The notes under the pieces were generated by a model that was not told the origin of the DNA, did no database searches, and saw nothing but the letters and a program-made list of their open reading frames with translations. A stretch of DNA of 64,000 nt from Harriotta raleighana (taxonomy: Eukaryota), in assembly GCA_050575255.1 (NCBI GenBank), contig JBNZDD010013686.1, positions 3,840,801-3,904,800 of the forward strand. Direction: 5' to 3'. A program made the position numbers and the translations under genes. Positions 27,845 through 41,293 of this stretch are shown here, piece after piece. Position 1 is the first letter of the stretch; every line of letters starts with the position of its first letter.

Positions 27845-28416
27845 TACGGTGTACTGAGCTTTATTAGTAGGGGCATAGAGTTTAAGAGTAGGGAAGTTAT
27901 GCTTAATTTGTACAAAACACTGGTTAGGCCTCAGCTGGAGTACTGCGTCCAGTTCTGGGCACCTTACTACAGGAAGGACATTTGGAGAAGTTAGGACTTT
28001 TCCCATTAGAGCAGAGAAGGTTACGCGGGGACCTGATAGAGGTCTTCAAGATCATGAAAAGTTTCGACAGGCTAGATAGGGAAAAGCTGTTTCCGCTGGT
28101 AGGTGTGTCTGTGACCTGAGGTCACAGTCTTAAGATATCTACCAAAAGAAGCAGAGGGGAGGTTAGAAGAAATGTTTTCACTCAGCGAGTTGTTCGAATT
28201 TGGAATGATCTGCCTGAAAGGGTAGTGAGGTCCGATTCGATAGCAGCTTTTAAGAGAGAACTGGATAGGTATCCGGGGAAGACGGGCTTGCAGGGTTATG
28301 GGGAGAAAGCTGGTGATTGGGGTTAATAAAAGTGACATTGCTCTGTCAAAGAGCCGGCACAGACTCGATGGGCCGAATGGCCTCCTTCTGTGCCGTAACC
28401 TTCCATGATTCTATGA
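27845..28416 (+). mobile_element. CR1 LINE 3' fragment (ORF2 C-terminus and 3' UTR)
   Basis: Translates to YGVLSFISRGIEFKSREVMLNLYKTLVRPQLEYCVQFWAPYYRKDI / LEKLGLFPLEQRRLRGDLIEVFKIMK. Ends gatgggccgaatggcctccttctgtgccgtaacc...attctatga. Confidence 0.92.
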
Positions 28417-31400
28417 AGATTGCCCACCAATGTGGGCAATCTTGTAGAATGTACCTAAATTCAGTCTCGAATGAGAAGCCAGTTTTTGTTCTCGCAGTTT
28501 TTCAAGCTTCCAAATTTAGACCGACATTTTTCACAAGTCGGTTTGAACTTTAAGATAGGATGCTCATAAGGGGAAAAAAGGAGTGGAATTTCAGACCTCT
28601 AGAGTCATCAAAATTCTCTAGCGAGGAAATTGCACCACCTGCAAGATTCTCCCAATGGTTTCACCTGTGTGTAGTCTTCCCAGCTCACCTTTGTGTGTTC
28701 ACACTTGGCTTTTCAACACTAAGAGTGCCTGTAGTTGCACTTTGTAAATGTCTTATGTATGCAATTTAGCAACATAACAAATCTTTGTGGATACCCCACA
28801 TGGTATCAATTTTAGATATGTTTAACAACTAATCATTCTTGCATGCTGGGCAGAAAGACTGCAAGACAGATGGCTAAAACCTGCTATAAGAAGGGATCAT
28901 CTTAGAATTGCTACTCTGTCAGCCTAAATCCACTAAACTGATGCTATTATTGATTAGGTTCAGAAACCAGGATACAATCTCACTTCTGCAAATGTTATTT
29001 CCCTAGCACTGTGAAATTTTAAAGTCAAATAAGTGCTCGAGGTAAATGGCCTTTAGGCAAATAGTGGACAATTCATTTGCTACAGGAAGGAAATTGGCAG
29101 TACAGTAGGTTGTTAAGATGTCACTAGCTGTATAGATCTTAAACAGCATCTGCCTTTGTATTGAAGTCATACTCTGTACAAAACACATCAGACACAGGAA
29201 ATGTTTGTTGACAATTCACCTTTACTCAGGATGTGGCAAGTGCTCACACTCAATGTTCTTCCAAGTGACAGTGAAGAACTGATCACTGCCAGGATTTATG
29301 TCATGAATCACAGATAAAACAAGTCTGTTCTTTATACTGGATTATCATCATCCGATTGTGATTCTTACAGCACACAGCGTCTTAAAATAAAACTGTCCAA
29401 GTCTTAAGTGGGTTGACTTAAATGGACACTGTCCCTTTTCCTGTGTCTTATGTAGGCAAAAAAAATTTCACACACACAAACATATATTTCTGATTTTCTG
29501 CCTTGTCAGGTGATAGCAATTCACATACTTTAAACATGGATCAATTGAATCAATTGCACATAACACATCAAATTATTTTTGTCTGTATTTTTCAGAAAAT
29601 TTGAGTCCTCCCGACGTGAAATACGCTCTACAAATGTAATTTTGTGTTGTTGTTTCAAGCTCTTTCTTTTATTTAGTACCCTGTCTTATGTCCCCCACGT
29701 GTTTTTACAGCTGTCTCCAAGACTGGAATCTGAGTCCTTTGAGAAGGCTTCTTAACACAATGTTCCAACTGCTAGCCTTGAGTGCTATTTAAATTGTGAG
29801 TTACAAGCCCTAGATTGTCCTATAAAGAATTCTGTTTAGATCTAGGAAATCAATCAGAAATACATTGCAGAAAAAGCTAAACGTCTTAGAAAGTAGGTTA
29901 TGGAGGAATTATTCCATTAGACTCCAGTTCTCCCACTTTCATGATTACTCGAGATGTCTTAAAGCTCTTCAGAGAATATACTGTCAAGTGAATTCACTGT
30001 ATATTTTGATTAAAATTAGTAATATAATAGATTTATGTGCACAGATATGTTTCACAGATATGTATATTCAAAACACATATAAGCAAAATTAGTTAAAGAA
30101 TGGTAAGAACAAATACTTGAAGTTATCATTAATTAAGAACAAATTATTATTTTGGAACAAAACCATTAATATTTTCAAACATGTTATAACAAAATCATTC
30201 ATCTTTAATGCTGATTAAAATCTTCATTCATCCATGGCAAATGTGCATGCTGACAACTTACTTTATTCACCAGAAATCCTGTTTTTTGGGGCTATTGTTC
30301 ACAATCAACTAAAATATTTTTTCAAATGTTGCACATTCTTTTCAATTTCCCTGTGTGTAGGGGGTAAATAAGGTCAAAAGGTACTTCATTTTATGGAGAA
30401 TTGCATTAGTAACAGTACTGATATCTGATTGTTAGCTGTCTTTATAGAATAATAGACTTAATCAGCCGTGACCTTAAGAGGTTGATAGACTGGCGAAAGC
30501 TCTCATAGCCAAAGGCATCCAGTGTATAATATTGAAGTCCAGATCTACTGCTAACATGGGGCAGAATGAATGCAATTTAAGGCAGCCATGGTAACTTAGC
30601 TGTGAAATCTCCTGGGTGATTACCTTGTGTTTTACAGCTCTTATGCTGAGGTGGGAGGGGACAATTTGTGATAATAATACTTCAGATTAGCCCATGTCTT
30701 GTTAACACCTGAGCAACACTTGATAGTTAACTAATTCAATTTTGGCACGTCCTGTGCACTGTAAAGAGCACTCCTCTCTAAGCATATGCATATGAACAAT
30801 GAACATCATTACTGCATGAATCAGCCATAATTATTAGGCTAATGACAAAGCTATTTCACTTGAGTTTATATGGAGCACATACCAATTAAAAAAATATGGA
30901 ATATATATAATATTTAGAAGATAAATTCTGGATTGCATTGACCCTGTAATAGGTTGTGTTACCTTTGGATTTATTAACAATTCATGACTTTCAGTTGCTC
31001 TAGATTTACAATGCATGTTGTTCTGCGCAATTGTCTGAAATATAGTTGGTAGTCTGGAAACTTCCTATTTCACAAAGAGCTCTGGTATCATGACATTGAT
31101 CTAGATCAAAGCCTCATATTACACTGCTTTCTGAACTTCAAATGACTGCACACAGCGTTTCAGAGTTTTGTTTTGCAACATTAGCCAGCCTAACTCTGGA
31201 GTGCAGATGGAGGCATTGGTAACCATGACAGATGTCTCATACAGTTCTTTCTAATAGAATTGGCGTTGGGTGCCAATGGGCAAATCACAAAATACCCAAA
31301 GCCCAATTGTGTTTCAGCAACTCTGGTTCAGCAACTATTGGTTGATGTTTGGTGTGAATTTCTGCTTTTCTGGGAAAGGAACCCAAATCTAGAATCTGAA

Positions 31401-31488
31401 TTTTACCCGAAAGAGGTTCATAGGAGGAAGCCAGTGTGTTAGAAGTAATTGTGTCTGGTTTTGCATGAATGCTTTACATTAAGATGGA

Positions 31489-31840
31489 ATAATAATAATA
31501 ATGTTTGCATTTGATATAGCGCCTTATCACGTATTCGAGACGCGCTTCACAATTAACTCTCAAAGCGCTTCACAATGTACTGTAAAGTGTGGTGACTATA
31601 TATGTGGGAGAAATAGAACAACAAAATTACACTTGTATAGTGCCTTTCACGTTGGGAGGACGTCCCAAAGCGCTGAACGCTGAATACAGCAGCTAATTGC
31701 GCAAACAGTCATGCATTGAAATGACCAATCTTTTGTTGGGTTTTTTTGAGGGATTATTATCAGAAATGTGGAGTAAGGAAACTTGCCCAAGGTTTTGCCC
31801 TGACCTGCCGGGAATCGAACCCAGGTATCTTGCTTGCAAA
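31489..31840 (-). mobile_element. SINE interrupted by a short L2 tail (31615-31675)
   Basis: Tail at 31489-31610, then caacaaaattacacttgtatagtgcctttcacgttgggaggacgtcccaaagcgctg, then SINE body and B box gggaatcgaacccagg. Confidence 0.8.
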
Positions 31841-33209
31841 TTAATAGCGAGGAATAGAGAGGTGAGGCCTTCACTGTTTAGGAGGTGGGAGTGTTGTGCC
31901 AATAGCTCTTGCGGGTAATGCATTAATCATGCAGAGGGCGTGACAGCCCAATACTTGCAGAGCAGCAGAATGTGGATGGGGTAGGTTTGACTCGGGGCAT
32001 GAGCCTCATGGAAGCGAAAGCACGTCCCTGAATGGATTATCGCTCACATCAGCAAATTTATTTGAGGTTGGGGTTTCCCATGGAGCACAACTGGATTCAA
32101 CCAAGAGTCAGCCCCAGCATGAATCAGGTTTTAGTCTGTATTGAATCAGTATTTTGTAAAAATAATTTTGTTGGGTTTCCGTGCAACGTGTAAAAGCGCT
32201 TTGAGATGTCCTCTTGACATGAAAGGTGCTCTGTAAATGCAACTACTGTCACAGTGAATCCTGTTGAAGCGCTCTGAAATGTCCTCCAGTCACGAAAAAG
32301 CATTGCATCAAATGCAAGAATTATTATTGTTCAGGAGCAAATGTTTCTCAACTACTGACTCTATACAAAGCTATTTTTTTTCCCCCTGACTTTCTGAAAT
32401 GCAAAGTATGAAATGGAGACACTTAGGATAATTCTCAGATGTCAGAGAAAACAAAGAAGTATCTTATTGATTGTGACTTGCTGTTGGGTAAAAGCCAATG
32501 CTCAATTGAGTGGGAGTAGTATGGCATACAGCTTCCTGGAATATTCATGATAAAAGGTTGGTCCAGAACACGTTTTCTCCCAGAGTGACACCAATTGACT
32601 TGATGCATTCTGACTGTGCAAAAATGTTAGCTTTTCATTGTATTCAGTGATAGTTAAAACACGAATGACAGAGTTCCTACCGTCCCTTCCGCAGGCCGTG
32701 AATGGAAGTAACATGCCACACTATCATTTTAAGGTGAAAAGCCATGATTCTGATTGGTAGGCTCTAACAACTGAAGTTGTATGCATCTTTGTGTGCCCGC
32801 AATGTGACTTTTTTTTAGTGCGTCTGTATATACTCGTTTTCTCATGTATGTTTGTCTTGGTGTCTGAATTTCCCCTCCTCCTGGCTGTCCAGTAAATCTC
32901 CTGTTACTGGAGTGGGTTTGAGCGATCGTCACTGTTTAGGTCATTTTCAGTACAGAGCCCAAGAGCAATCTACCCACTTACTTCCTTTTTGGTATCTTGA
33001 CCTTTCCCTCCCGCTCACTTGAACTTCCCCCTGACACCGCAGTAAAAAATAGCTGAATCATGAATCAGAGTGGTGAGTACACATCCTACCACCATGTGGC
33101 ACAGTGGATTACCACTTCCATTGCATAGCCTGCATTTGGTTTGACTTTACGAACTAAATACTGAAAATTCAATTTAGTTGCCCGTCACCCGAAGATTAGA
33201 ACCTAATAA

Positions 33210-33420
33210 ATAAGAATCCTTGCCTTTTACATAGTGCTTTTCACATCTTCTAGATGTCTCAAAGCACTCCACAGAATGCTCTGTAAAGGGAATTGACTGT
33301 GTAACTGTGGGCAAAACACAGCAGCCAATTGCGCATAGTGGTGTCCCACAAACAGTCGTGGATTGAGGTGACCAATTTATTATTGGGTTTTTTCTTGAGG
33401 GTTTGTTGTCAGACGTAATG
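33210..33420 (-). mobile_element. SINE 3' two-thirds
   Basis: Reverse complement of the 23601-type SINE body and tail. Confidence 0.8.
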
Positions 33421-33644
33421 TGTATCTATAACTAGAAAAACCCTGCAGTATTATAAATTATGATTGACCTGAGCAGAACTAGAACTGTGTGTCAGCCTAG
33501 GATAGTGAGAAGCTCCATCTACTAAAGTTTATGGATTCAAACTATACCTGACTTCCCCACCTGTTGGGACTTTGAATTCATATAATCTAGTCCTTCACTT
33601 CAGGGCTGTGGGGGAGGGGGATGTTGAGGTAGGGGGCTGGGGCT

Positions 33645-33925
33645 GCTGGTTTGACAGAGAGACCGTCTGTCAGATTAGACGGATTTAAATCAAAATTCCA
33701 TGTGCATGTTCAAGTGGACGTTAAAAATTCCTTGCAGGATTCGAAAAGAGAAGCAATTTTCACCCGATGTCTTGTTCAACAATCCTTCAAGTAACATTGG
33801 TCAATCACTTCATGGCCATGTGTTTCACCCACAAAATCCATGGTCATTTCACTTTTGCAGCACATCCTGTAAAGCAATTTCAGACTGCCTCGTGAAGGGT
33901 GCTATCTCAGATGCAAGGTTTATTA
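33645..33925 (+). mobile_element. Old DeuSINE fragment
   Basis: gttcaagtggacgttaaaaattcc...ttcgaaaagagaagc...cccgatgtcttgttcaacaatcc followed by an L2-like tail. Similar to 58240-58330. Confidence 0.6.
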
Positions 33926-35164
33926 TTTTACATGTTGAAAATGTACGTTACCTTGTCAGGATTTATCTCCATGTATTTACATGAAGGGATGGTGGAGTGA
34001 GATCAAGAATACTCTCAAATATTGATCTCTTTGAGCACAGACTGCTTTGAGCACAATGTTGGATCACACACAACGAGCCTTACTGATGGAAGGCTGATGA
34101 TCTGAATGTCAATTTGTTTTTGCTATCAGCGCCGAACCCAAGGAATAGCCATGGAAATCTAGTATAAAAAAAAAGCAGCAATAATGTGGCAAATATTAGA
34201 CTCCAGTGCATTTTCCCATATGGAAATGAAATTTGTACCATGCACAGCAACAATAATCGTTTATAAATAAACATTATCTTGACTGGGGTTTCTTGTTTTA
34301 TTGGTGGTGTGCTCCTGAAATTGCATAGCACAATCAATGTATTGTCCAGTGGGACTGTTCTATTAGGGTGTGATTCAACAATGATTTACACAGCAATTAT
34401 CCACTCTGATCTAGATTTTCATGCTCTCCTAGCTGACATCAGTGAGCCATGGCCATGTATAAAGCCTTATTGTGTGCCTGTAGACATATCTTATGTCCAA
34501 AGAAAAGGTCTTTAGAAGCATGATACTGTTTAGCATTTAATATGCACCACAAACAAGGGGGTATCTGTTGCTGTTGTAAGTGCTACCTGAACTCCAACAG
34601 AATCCTAATCAGAGGAAAGCAGAGTTAAAACACAGTGCGGTCTTTATGCCATTTAGTTGAAGGTTATTGAAAATATCGAATCATGCAAACCACAGTTTTT
34701 TTTAAAAAAAGGATTGCATCAGGATAGCCCGAGGTTATGATTGTTCTGTTAAATGCTGTCTTTTAAGATAATACAGCATGTAGTGTAGCCTAGGAAGCAG
34801 ATTTAAACAATCTCTGCAGTTTATAATACCTGCTAAGAGAGTATTTTTGTTTTTAAATAGACAAATTTGATACAAACATGAGTGATGTCATAATAATCAG
34901 TCTGATGTGGAGAATCCCGACCTGAAAGGTGCTCTACAAATGTAATTTTGTTGTTGTTTAAAGCTCTCTTGGAAAATGTTAAAGCATTTTGCGCAGATTT
35001 CAACTATTACCATCCATGAGGTTTGGTGATGTTAGAGACAAAGTAGCAGACAGAACATCTGCTTTTACTTCATATTCCTTCCTTCCCTGATTTTACCCCA
35101 CCCCGCTTTTCCCTCCATTTCTCCCCCTTGCCATTTTTTCCCCCCTTTTTTCCCCCATTTCTGT

Positions 35165-35345
35165 GTGTGTTTGTGGGACACTACTGTGCGCAATTTAGCT
35201 GCCGCGTTTCGCCCACAAATATACAGTCAATTTTTCCTACTCCTTTCCCTGAGCCCTCCCCCCCTACTTGGCTGTACAGCGCTTTGGGACGTCCTCCCGA
35301 CGTGAAAGGCGCTATATAAATAAAATTTTGATTGATTGATTGATA
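35165..35345 (+). mobile_element. SINE variant: Deu segment with an L2-type 3' end and (GATT)n tail
   Basis: gtttgtgggacactactgtgcgcaatttagctgccgcgtttcgcccacaaat...ctgtacagcgctttgggacgtcctcccgacgtgaaaggcgctatataaat. Confidence 0.8.
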
Positions 35346-35874
35346 TTGACCCTGTACATTTTGTTCACCTGGACATCCTATCAATAAATCTCGCCCACGT
35401 CCAGTTTAACTGCTTTAGGGATCTTGTTTGGAAAGAAAACCCTCTCTAATGAAATGGTGTGAAAGGTGAAGTACGTTCAAATGGATGTTATGCAAATATT
35501 CTTTTAACAGGGGCTCATTAATTGTGGGCAGCAAGCAATCCAGCTCAGAAATTAATGCGTTATTTCAACTGAAGAAAACCCCAAACTCTTAAACACTTCT
35601 CTTGTGCTGAATGAAAGCTAGGAGCTGGCTAGGATCCGGCTTTGTTCTCCCAGAAATGGTTCAGCAAGTTTTTGGCAAACATAACAGCACCCAAGGTCCC
35701 ACTCCACCTCCTTTGGACAGCTCTGTAATCGTCAGGCCCTATTTTGCATTGGCCTTTCTCCTCGCATTGGTATTCATTGGAAAACATAGTTGCATTGTTG
35801 CCTGTTTGATCAGCAGCGAGTCCTTCAATCGAATTAAGAAGTGTTGGATTCCTGAATTGCATGCCAAGGGAGGG

Positions 35875-36235
35875 TGGGGGGAGGTCGACTAATTGACGGT
35901 GCCAGATAAACGGACAGCAAGTTGCCGAAAACCCAACATAAAAAATTAACTTATTTAAAAACATACCATGTTAATAATAGACTAAATAGTAACAGAATAT
36001 TGTATGGATACTTGCCAATAAAGCATTCCAGCACACTCAGTAAAAAGATCAGTAAAACAGCATTTTTTACTGATCAGTAAAAACCCAAGTTCGTAAATTT
36101 AATAAGTGCACATGCACACGCATTGCACGCATGCGCAAAGTGAGCAAACTCGCGATTGCTGGAATGGGGAATTGCCCCGGGAGGGGGGGTCGAGCAATCA
36201 AGTTGATCGGGTCACGGATAAACGGGGTTTTACTG
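35875..36235 (-). mobile_element. MITE copy 2 (one end truncated)
   Basis: Reverse orientation relative to copy 1. Right end is cggataaacggggttttactg; the left TIR is missing. Confidence 0.85.
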
Positions 36236-37194
36236 AGTGTGGATTCGTGACAGGATTATAAACCCACTTCCCAAATAGTTAATTAACGGACAAAACGAGA
36301 TTACATTGTTCTCGTCTGGAAATTCACGACAAAAATAAATGTGCTGCAATTCTGATTTTTATATGAGTAGCGGATTCAGATTACGCTGACAATCAGCTTC
36401 TCAAAAATCCATCAGTCCATCTACGACCATTATTTTATCACCTCCCTGACATCAGGTGCTTCATAAGATTTGATCAAATCTTATGAAGTGATAGCCCTGG
36501 CATCGGATATTTAGCACCTTCCAACGGCAAGTGTGCCCACAGCAGCCTCTGTGTCCTATTTACACATTTGCAAGATCTAAAATGTCAATACAAAATACAG
36601 TAATTTGGGGGATTTGCCACCAAATGTGACAAAATGATTTTCCTTTCCTCATTGTCTGAATCGCTTTTTTTGAAAGCAGTCATTGCTAAAAAGCTGTCAG
36701 CACATTTGGGAACACAATGCATCTGTAAACATTCCAGAGTGGAAAACACTAACTTGTCACCACAATCATTTAAAAAATATATATAAATTGGACTTTCATC
36801 AGAATAGATAAGGAGCTTTCCCTCATCAGACAGTTGGTCGATTTCTGTGCTGTATGCACTGGAACCTATTCCTGTAATCAATAACTAAGGGCATTAGTAA
36901 GTTGAAGACTTCAACAATTACAACAACAACAACAAAATTACATTTATAGAGCGCCTTTCACTTGCGTGGTTTAAAAATGAGGTAGCCAGAATTATTCTTT
37001 GTTGCCTGTGTCTTGGCTGCAAACTTTAAACACTGTTAAATTTGCACCATGCTAAAAGTCATCCAAGAAGTTAAAAGTTGTTGAGAAATATCCATTTATT
37101 AATAGCAGCCAAATAACACAATCTGTTCACCTTTCCAGTACGTATTGAAAACTTGATTTTTAGTTTGAAGTGATATTTGACTACCTGCTTTTAC

Positions 37195-37657
37195 TTTAAA
37201 ATATTCCTTTCTCTGAGGTGAAGAATGCCAGTGTTCAGAAATGGGATACATTTTCACTTTTGACTTCCATTGTGAGTGTCAAGTGGTTTCATTACACCAG
37301 GGCCAGATGTGGAGCAAAGCTCCTACACTCTGACCCTTAAATATGCCTCAGCTAAAACTATAGAATAGTACCCTATGTTGCACCGATGGGAATATTTCCA
37401 GTTCTCACACCAGCCATCTGGCCTGTCTTAGTCCTGAGATTCTTAATGTAAGTGTTTATTTGTACTGATTTATGAGCAGTTTTGTGCTGTGGGCCCACAC
37501 TCAGCATACATTGTGTGGGGACTACCCAAACCCACTTCATGTAAGCCTTTGCAGCTGGTAGAGAGAGAAAGAGAGAGAGGCTCATTTCATCAACCTGGGC
37601 TCCATTCAAACCCCCAAAGCCCAGAGGTGAAAGAATAGACCCTGTAACTTCTGCATT
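37195..37657 (-). mobile_element. Near full-length LF-SINE-like element
   Basis: Colinear blocks ttttgtgctgtgg / caaacccacttcatgtaagcc / acctgggctccattcaaaccc...cagaggtgaaaga match the recalled LF-SINE reverse strand (TTTTGTGATGTGG / CCAACTCATTTCACATAGGCC / ACCTGGGCTGGATTTGAACCC...TAGAGGTGAAAGG). Confidence 0.6.
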
Positions 37658-39930
37658 ATTAAATAACAATTGACGTGTGGAATAAAAACAACATTGCCTT
37701 TATTCATTAGAAACATTAATAAGGCATAAGGTATGAGGAAATAACCGTTGAGTGTATTACCAAGCCATTGAGTGAAGCTTTGATTATTGCATCTTTATTT
37801 GCTGTTATATTTTCGTTGCCTGGCTGAGGAGAACATTCATAGTTCCGTTGCACCAGTTCGAAAAGATAGTTTGCGACCTGATTCCACTTCTGTTGCAGCA
37901 ACAGTGATGAGGTGGACATTTCAGCGGAGACCCGAGTTCTATTTCTGGACGCCACTTTCTATCTCGGGCTTGAAGAGCACTCTGGTCTGAGGTTATTGTA
38001 ACCCAAGTGCGCCAGTCGGTGAGCCGGCCCAAGTTTGGTCATTTCACTGAGGTTGTTTCAACTTCACGCTATTTGGTCCAACTCGAACTGAGTACAGCTG
38101 CTCACGTACAGGCTTTTGAACATGTGCAATTGCACTTCACAAAAAAAAAACATGAAAAGGTTTCGAAACCTCTGAAAGTGGCGGTGTGCGTGCGTTCAGG
38201 CGTGGGACTCCGACTCAGGCACATATGTCGAGTTTTGGAGCTTTGCAGCAACATTAACTGAATCAAAGTCATATGAATGCTTTTTTTTCTGCAAATTCAT
38301 GATCGACTGCGAACTCTGAAGCTATCAGTCAGTCAGAAACCACAACTGGAACAATTCACATCATCATGAACCTTTATTATCAGATTTTTTTTTCCTGTTT
38401 TGATTAAATGTAAGCCATTTAAAAAAGTACAGCACAAAATCCAGTGATGGCTGGGTGGGTTGATGGGTAACCCAATTTATACACAACACGCAAAATACAC
38501 CCACTTCTTTAAAGTCCTCCAGCGCTCTCTCAGGTTGTTGTTGTTTGAAATCTTTTCACATTGTTTTCTTAAGTGCAATTACGTGGGAGGAAAAATAAGA
38601 TGAAACTGTTTTGGAGAAAAGCAGGGATTAGAGTAGAAAGTTCCAGTGAGAGCTGCAGCACAGACACAATGATAACGATTCCATTATAACAATGTTGTGG
38701 TGACAGTTGTACATAGGTTTCATATTATAGTATTGTGCACTCATATCATCTCGTGTCCAACCCGCTTACTATCACCTCCTAGAGTGTCACTTACTACCTT
38801 TTGGTCACTCACTCTCTCTCATCCCAGTCCATTTCTATACAGTGTTTTTATTTTTGGGTGGATCAGTAATATTTTTAATAAGCAATTGCCACCTATTTGG
38901 CTCCTTTTATTTCATGCTAAATCTCTGCAAAACCTACACTTTGTTGTTATTCTAGTTGTCACTTCAAGTTAAGCGCATGTCAAAGAGACATAAAAAAATA
39001 ATCGGGACTGTTTCTAGATTGTTCGGTCACCTCTTATTGATTATTCTGAGATCCGCAAGGTTTGAAAAGACATAAGATTTACATCTGCCTGCCGACTATT
39101 TTGGTCCCAGTTTCTGAAGCGTGTGTGTGCTTGTGTGCTTTGCTGGTTCTCTTTGCTGGTATAATAATACCATGGCTCCACCTTGGAGAGGAAATAGAAA
39201 GGTCTTAGCTTGTGGTGTTGCACCTAACCCACCTCATCCGGTTGTGGTTTCAGCAGCGACAATTCCCAGACAGTTGCTCCGTTTCAAGGAGTGAAATGGA
39301 TGTTGATGCCTCTGAAACGGGTGATCCCAAAATCAACAGAGTGATTCAAACTTTGTGTTCCAAAACTGAACCAAGAGTGGAAGAAGAATCAAGATAGCGA
39401 AGGGCAGAGATCTGTACAACGTTGAAGTCGATTGCCATTGACCAAAAAATAAAAAATACTGAGGGAAAACAGACGCAACATTGTGTTTTCCAGCTACATT
39501 GGAGCTCAACAGAGATGAAACACCTCACTGGAAGAAAGTGCAGCTATTGTGTCATTTACCACTGGAAAAATGTAGTGTTACATTGCAAAGAATTATAAGC
39601 TGTTGAAGAAGGATATTTAGCTGCACATTATCCAGCAATGAATGGTCTGTTTTTTTTACTTTCATCATCTAGTGTTGTCAAAGTTGCCAATGTGTTAGCA
39701 ACAGTTTGCAATTGAGTCAAAGTGACGCAAAGGTACACATGTTTTCTCCCCCAAAAGATTCACAAAGCGGGCTTGATAGGCCAAATGGTCTGTTCCTTTC
39801 CTTTGTTCCCAACATTACTTTCCCTTTCCCCAAGCGGGCTGCTGATGAGTGAAAATACCAAATGCACATTTATCCGTAACATTGCCACCCAATGGATAAA
39901 AGTGTCAGTTTATTCATTGCTGCTATAAAT

Positions 39931-40240
39931 GTTGTGTATCTCAGTGGTTAGAGCACTCGCCTTACAAGCGTGATACCTGTTGAATTATAAGTTTGAATCC
40001 AGGCAGATCAGGGCAAAACCTTGGGCAAGTTTCCTTACTCCACATGCCTAATAATAATCCATCCAAAAAAACGCACAATAATATAATTGGTCATTTCAAT
40101 CCACAACTGTTTGTGGGACACTGCTGTGCGCAATTGGCTTCTGTGTTTCACTCACCAATATGCAGTCAATTCACTTTACATTATATTCATGTGAAAAGCG
40201 CTATATCAAATGCAAGGATTATTATTGTTATTATTATTAT
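39931..40240 (+). mobile_element. Full-length tRNA-derived SINE
   Basis: ctcagtggttagagcactcgccttacaagcg head, same body as 23601, (tta)n tail. Confidence 0.88.
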
Positions 40241-40884
40241 CATTCTGTTTGCACCAGTACTTGGATGACACTTGGCTGGCATTGTTTCTGTTGCACCACA
40301 TTGGACATAAAGTTCTGCCCATATCTTTACACTCAATGTCAGTACTTCGTCAATGATAACCTCAAAAGGAAAGCCAGAAACCGTAGGGTTTGTGTTACAA
40401 AAACAGTTTTGAATCTGTTTGCAGGAAGGTTCACAACAAGCAGGAGGCCAGTAAGAAAACTGATGCCAACGTATTACTTTGGGCTTCCAGGGGATGGAAA
40501 ATCAATAAAATGATCTATTTTTAAAATGTTTGCTGCACCTGAGATGTCAATGTTTGGAGAATCAGAATATCTTGAGTTTCCTATTGGAAACCAGAGAAGC
40601 TTTCGGTTGTCTTACTGGGGTTTCCGCTCTTTTCTTACCCCATAGACTCTATGCAAGAACCTTGGCATTGCTCTACTCCACAGGTGCATCAATGCCCTTT
40701 GTTGAATGGGCTTGTACAGCAGTGTCCTCCTCCATGGTTACTTGGCAGGTATTAAGGGGAATGGCATTGACATTCTCGTGGTAGACCTGACAGAATTCCT
40801 GGCACTGTGCAAAATGGCTAAAATAAGTGAAAGCGATCCAGCTTTCCGTCGATTTACTCCAACCTAAAAACATGGAGGTAATTA

Positions 40885-41038
40885 TTCACAAAGTAGATAA
40901 TGATTTGAGGGAGGACAAGTTTGCAGGGCTGTCGGGAGCGAGCGGGGAAGTGGGATTGATATGGACAGCTCTTTTCAAAGAGCCAGCACCGACACGATGG
41001 GCCAAATGGCCTCCTTCTGTGCTGTATAATTCTATGAT
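40885..41038 (+). mobile_element. CR1 LINE 3' UTR fragment
   Basis: tttcaaagagccagcaccgacacgatgggccaaatggcctccttctgtgctgtataattctatgat, homologous to 28345-28416. Confidence 0.85.
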
Positions 41039-41293
41039 ATGGCCTTCAGCCTTAATGTAATAACATGTTTTCATGTTTAAATTTAATTAGCTTTGGAACA
41101 AATTTGTGACCATTGAAATATTCCACCCGTGGAAAACAAAATACATAATGCAATAATTATGAGCTACCACTCTGTCTGTTTATAAATATGAATGTTTTGT
41201 TGTTTGACTGGTTTCTTTTCCCTGTGGTTATAGTTTTATCCTTTCGTAGCTCCCCACCTATGTAGTCAGATCAGGTTAGCTTATTTAATTATA

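Noticed and set aside
39150-39600. Purine-rich, coding-looking stretch
   Set aside because: No long open frame, recognisable motif or splice-site pair.
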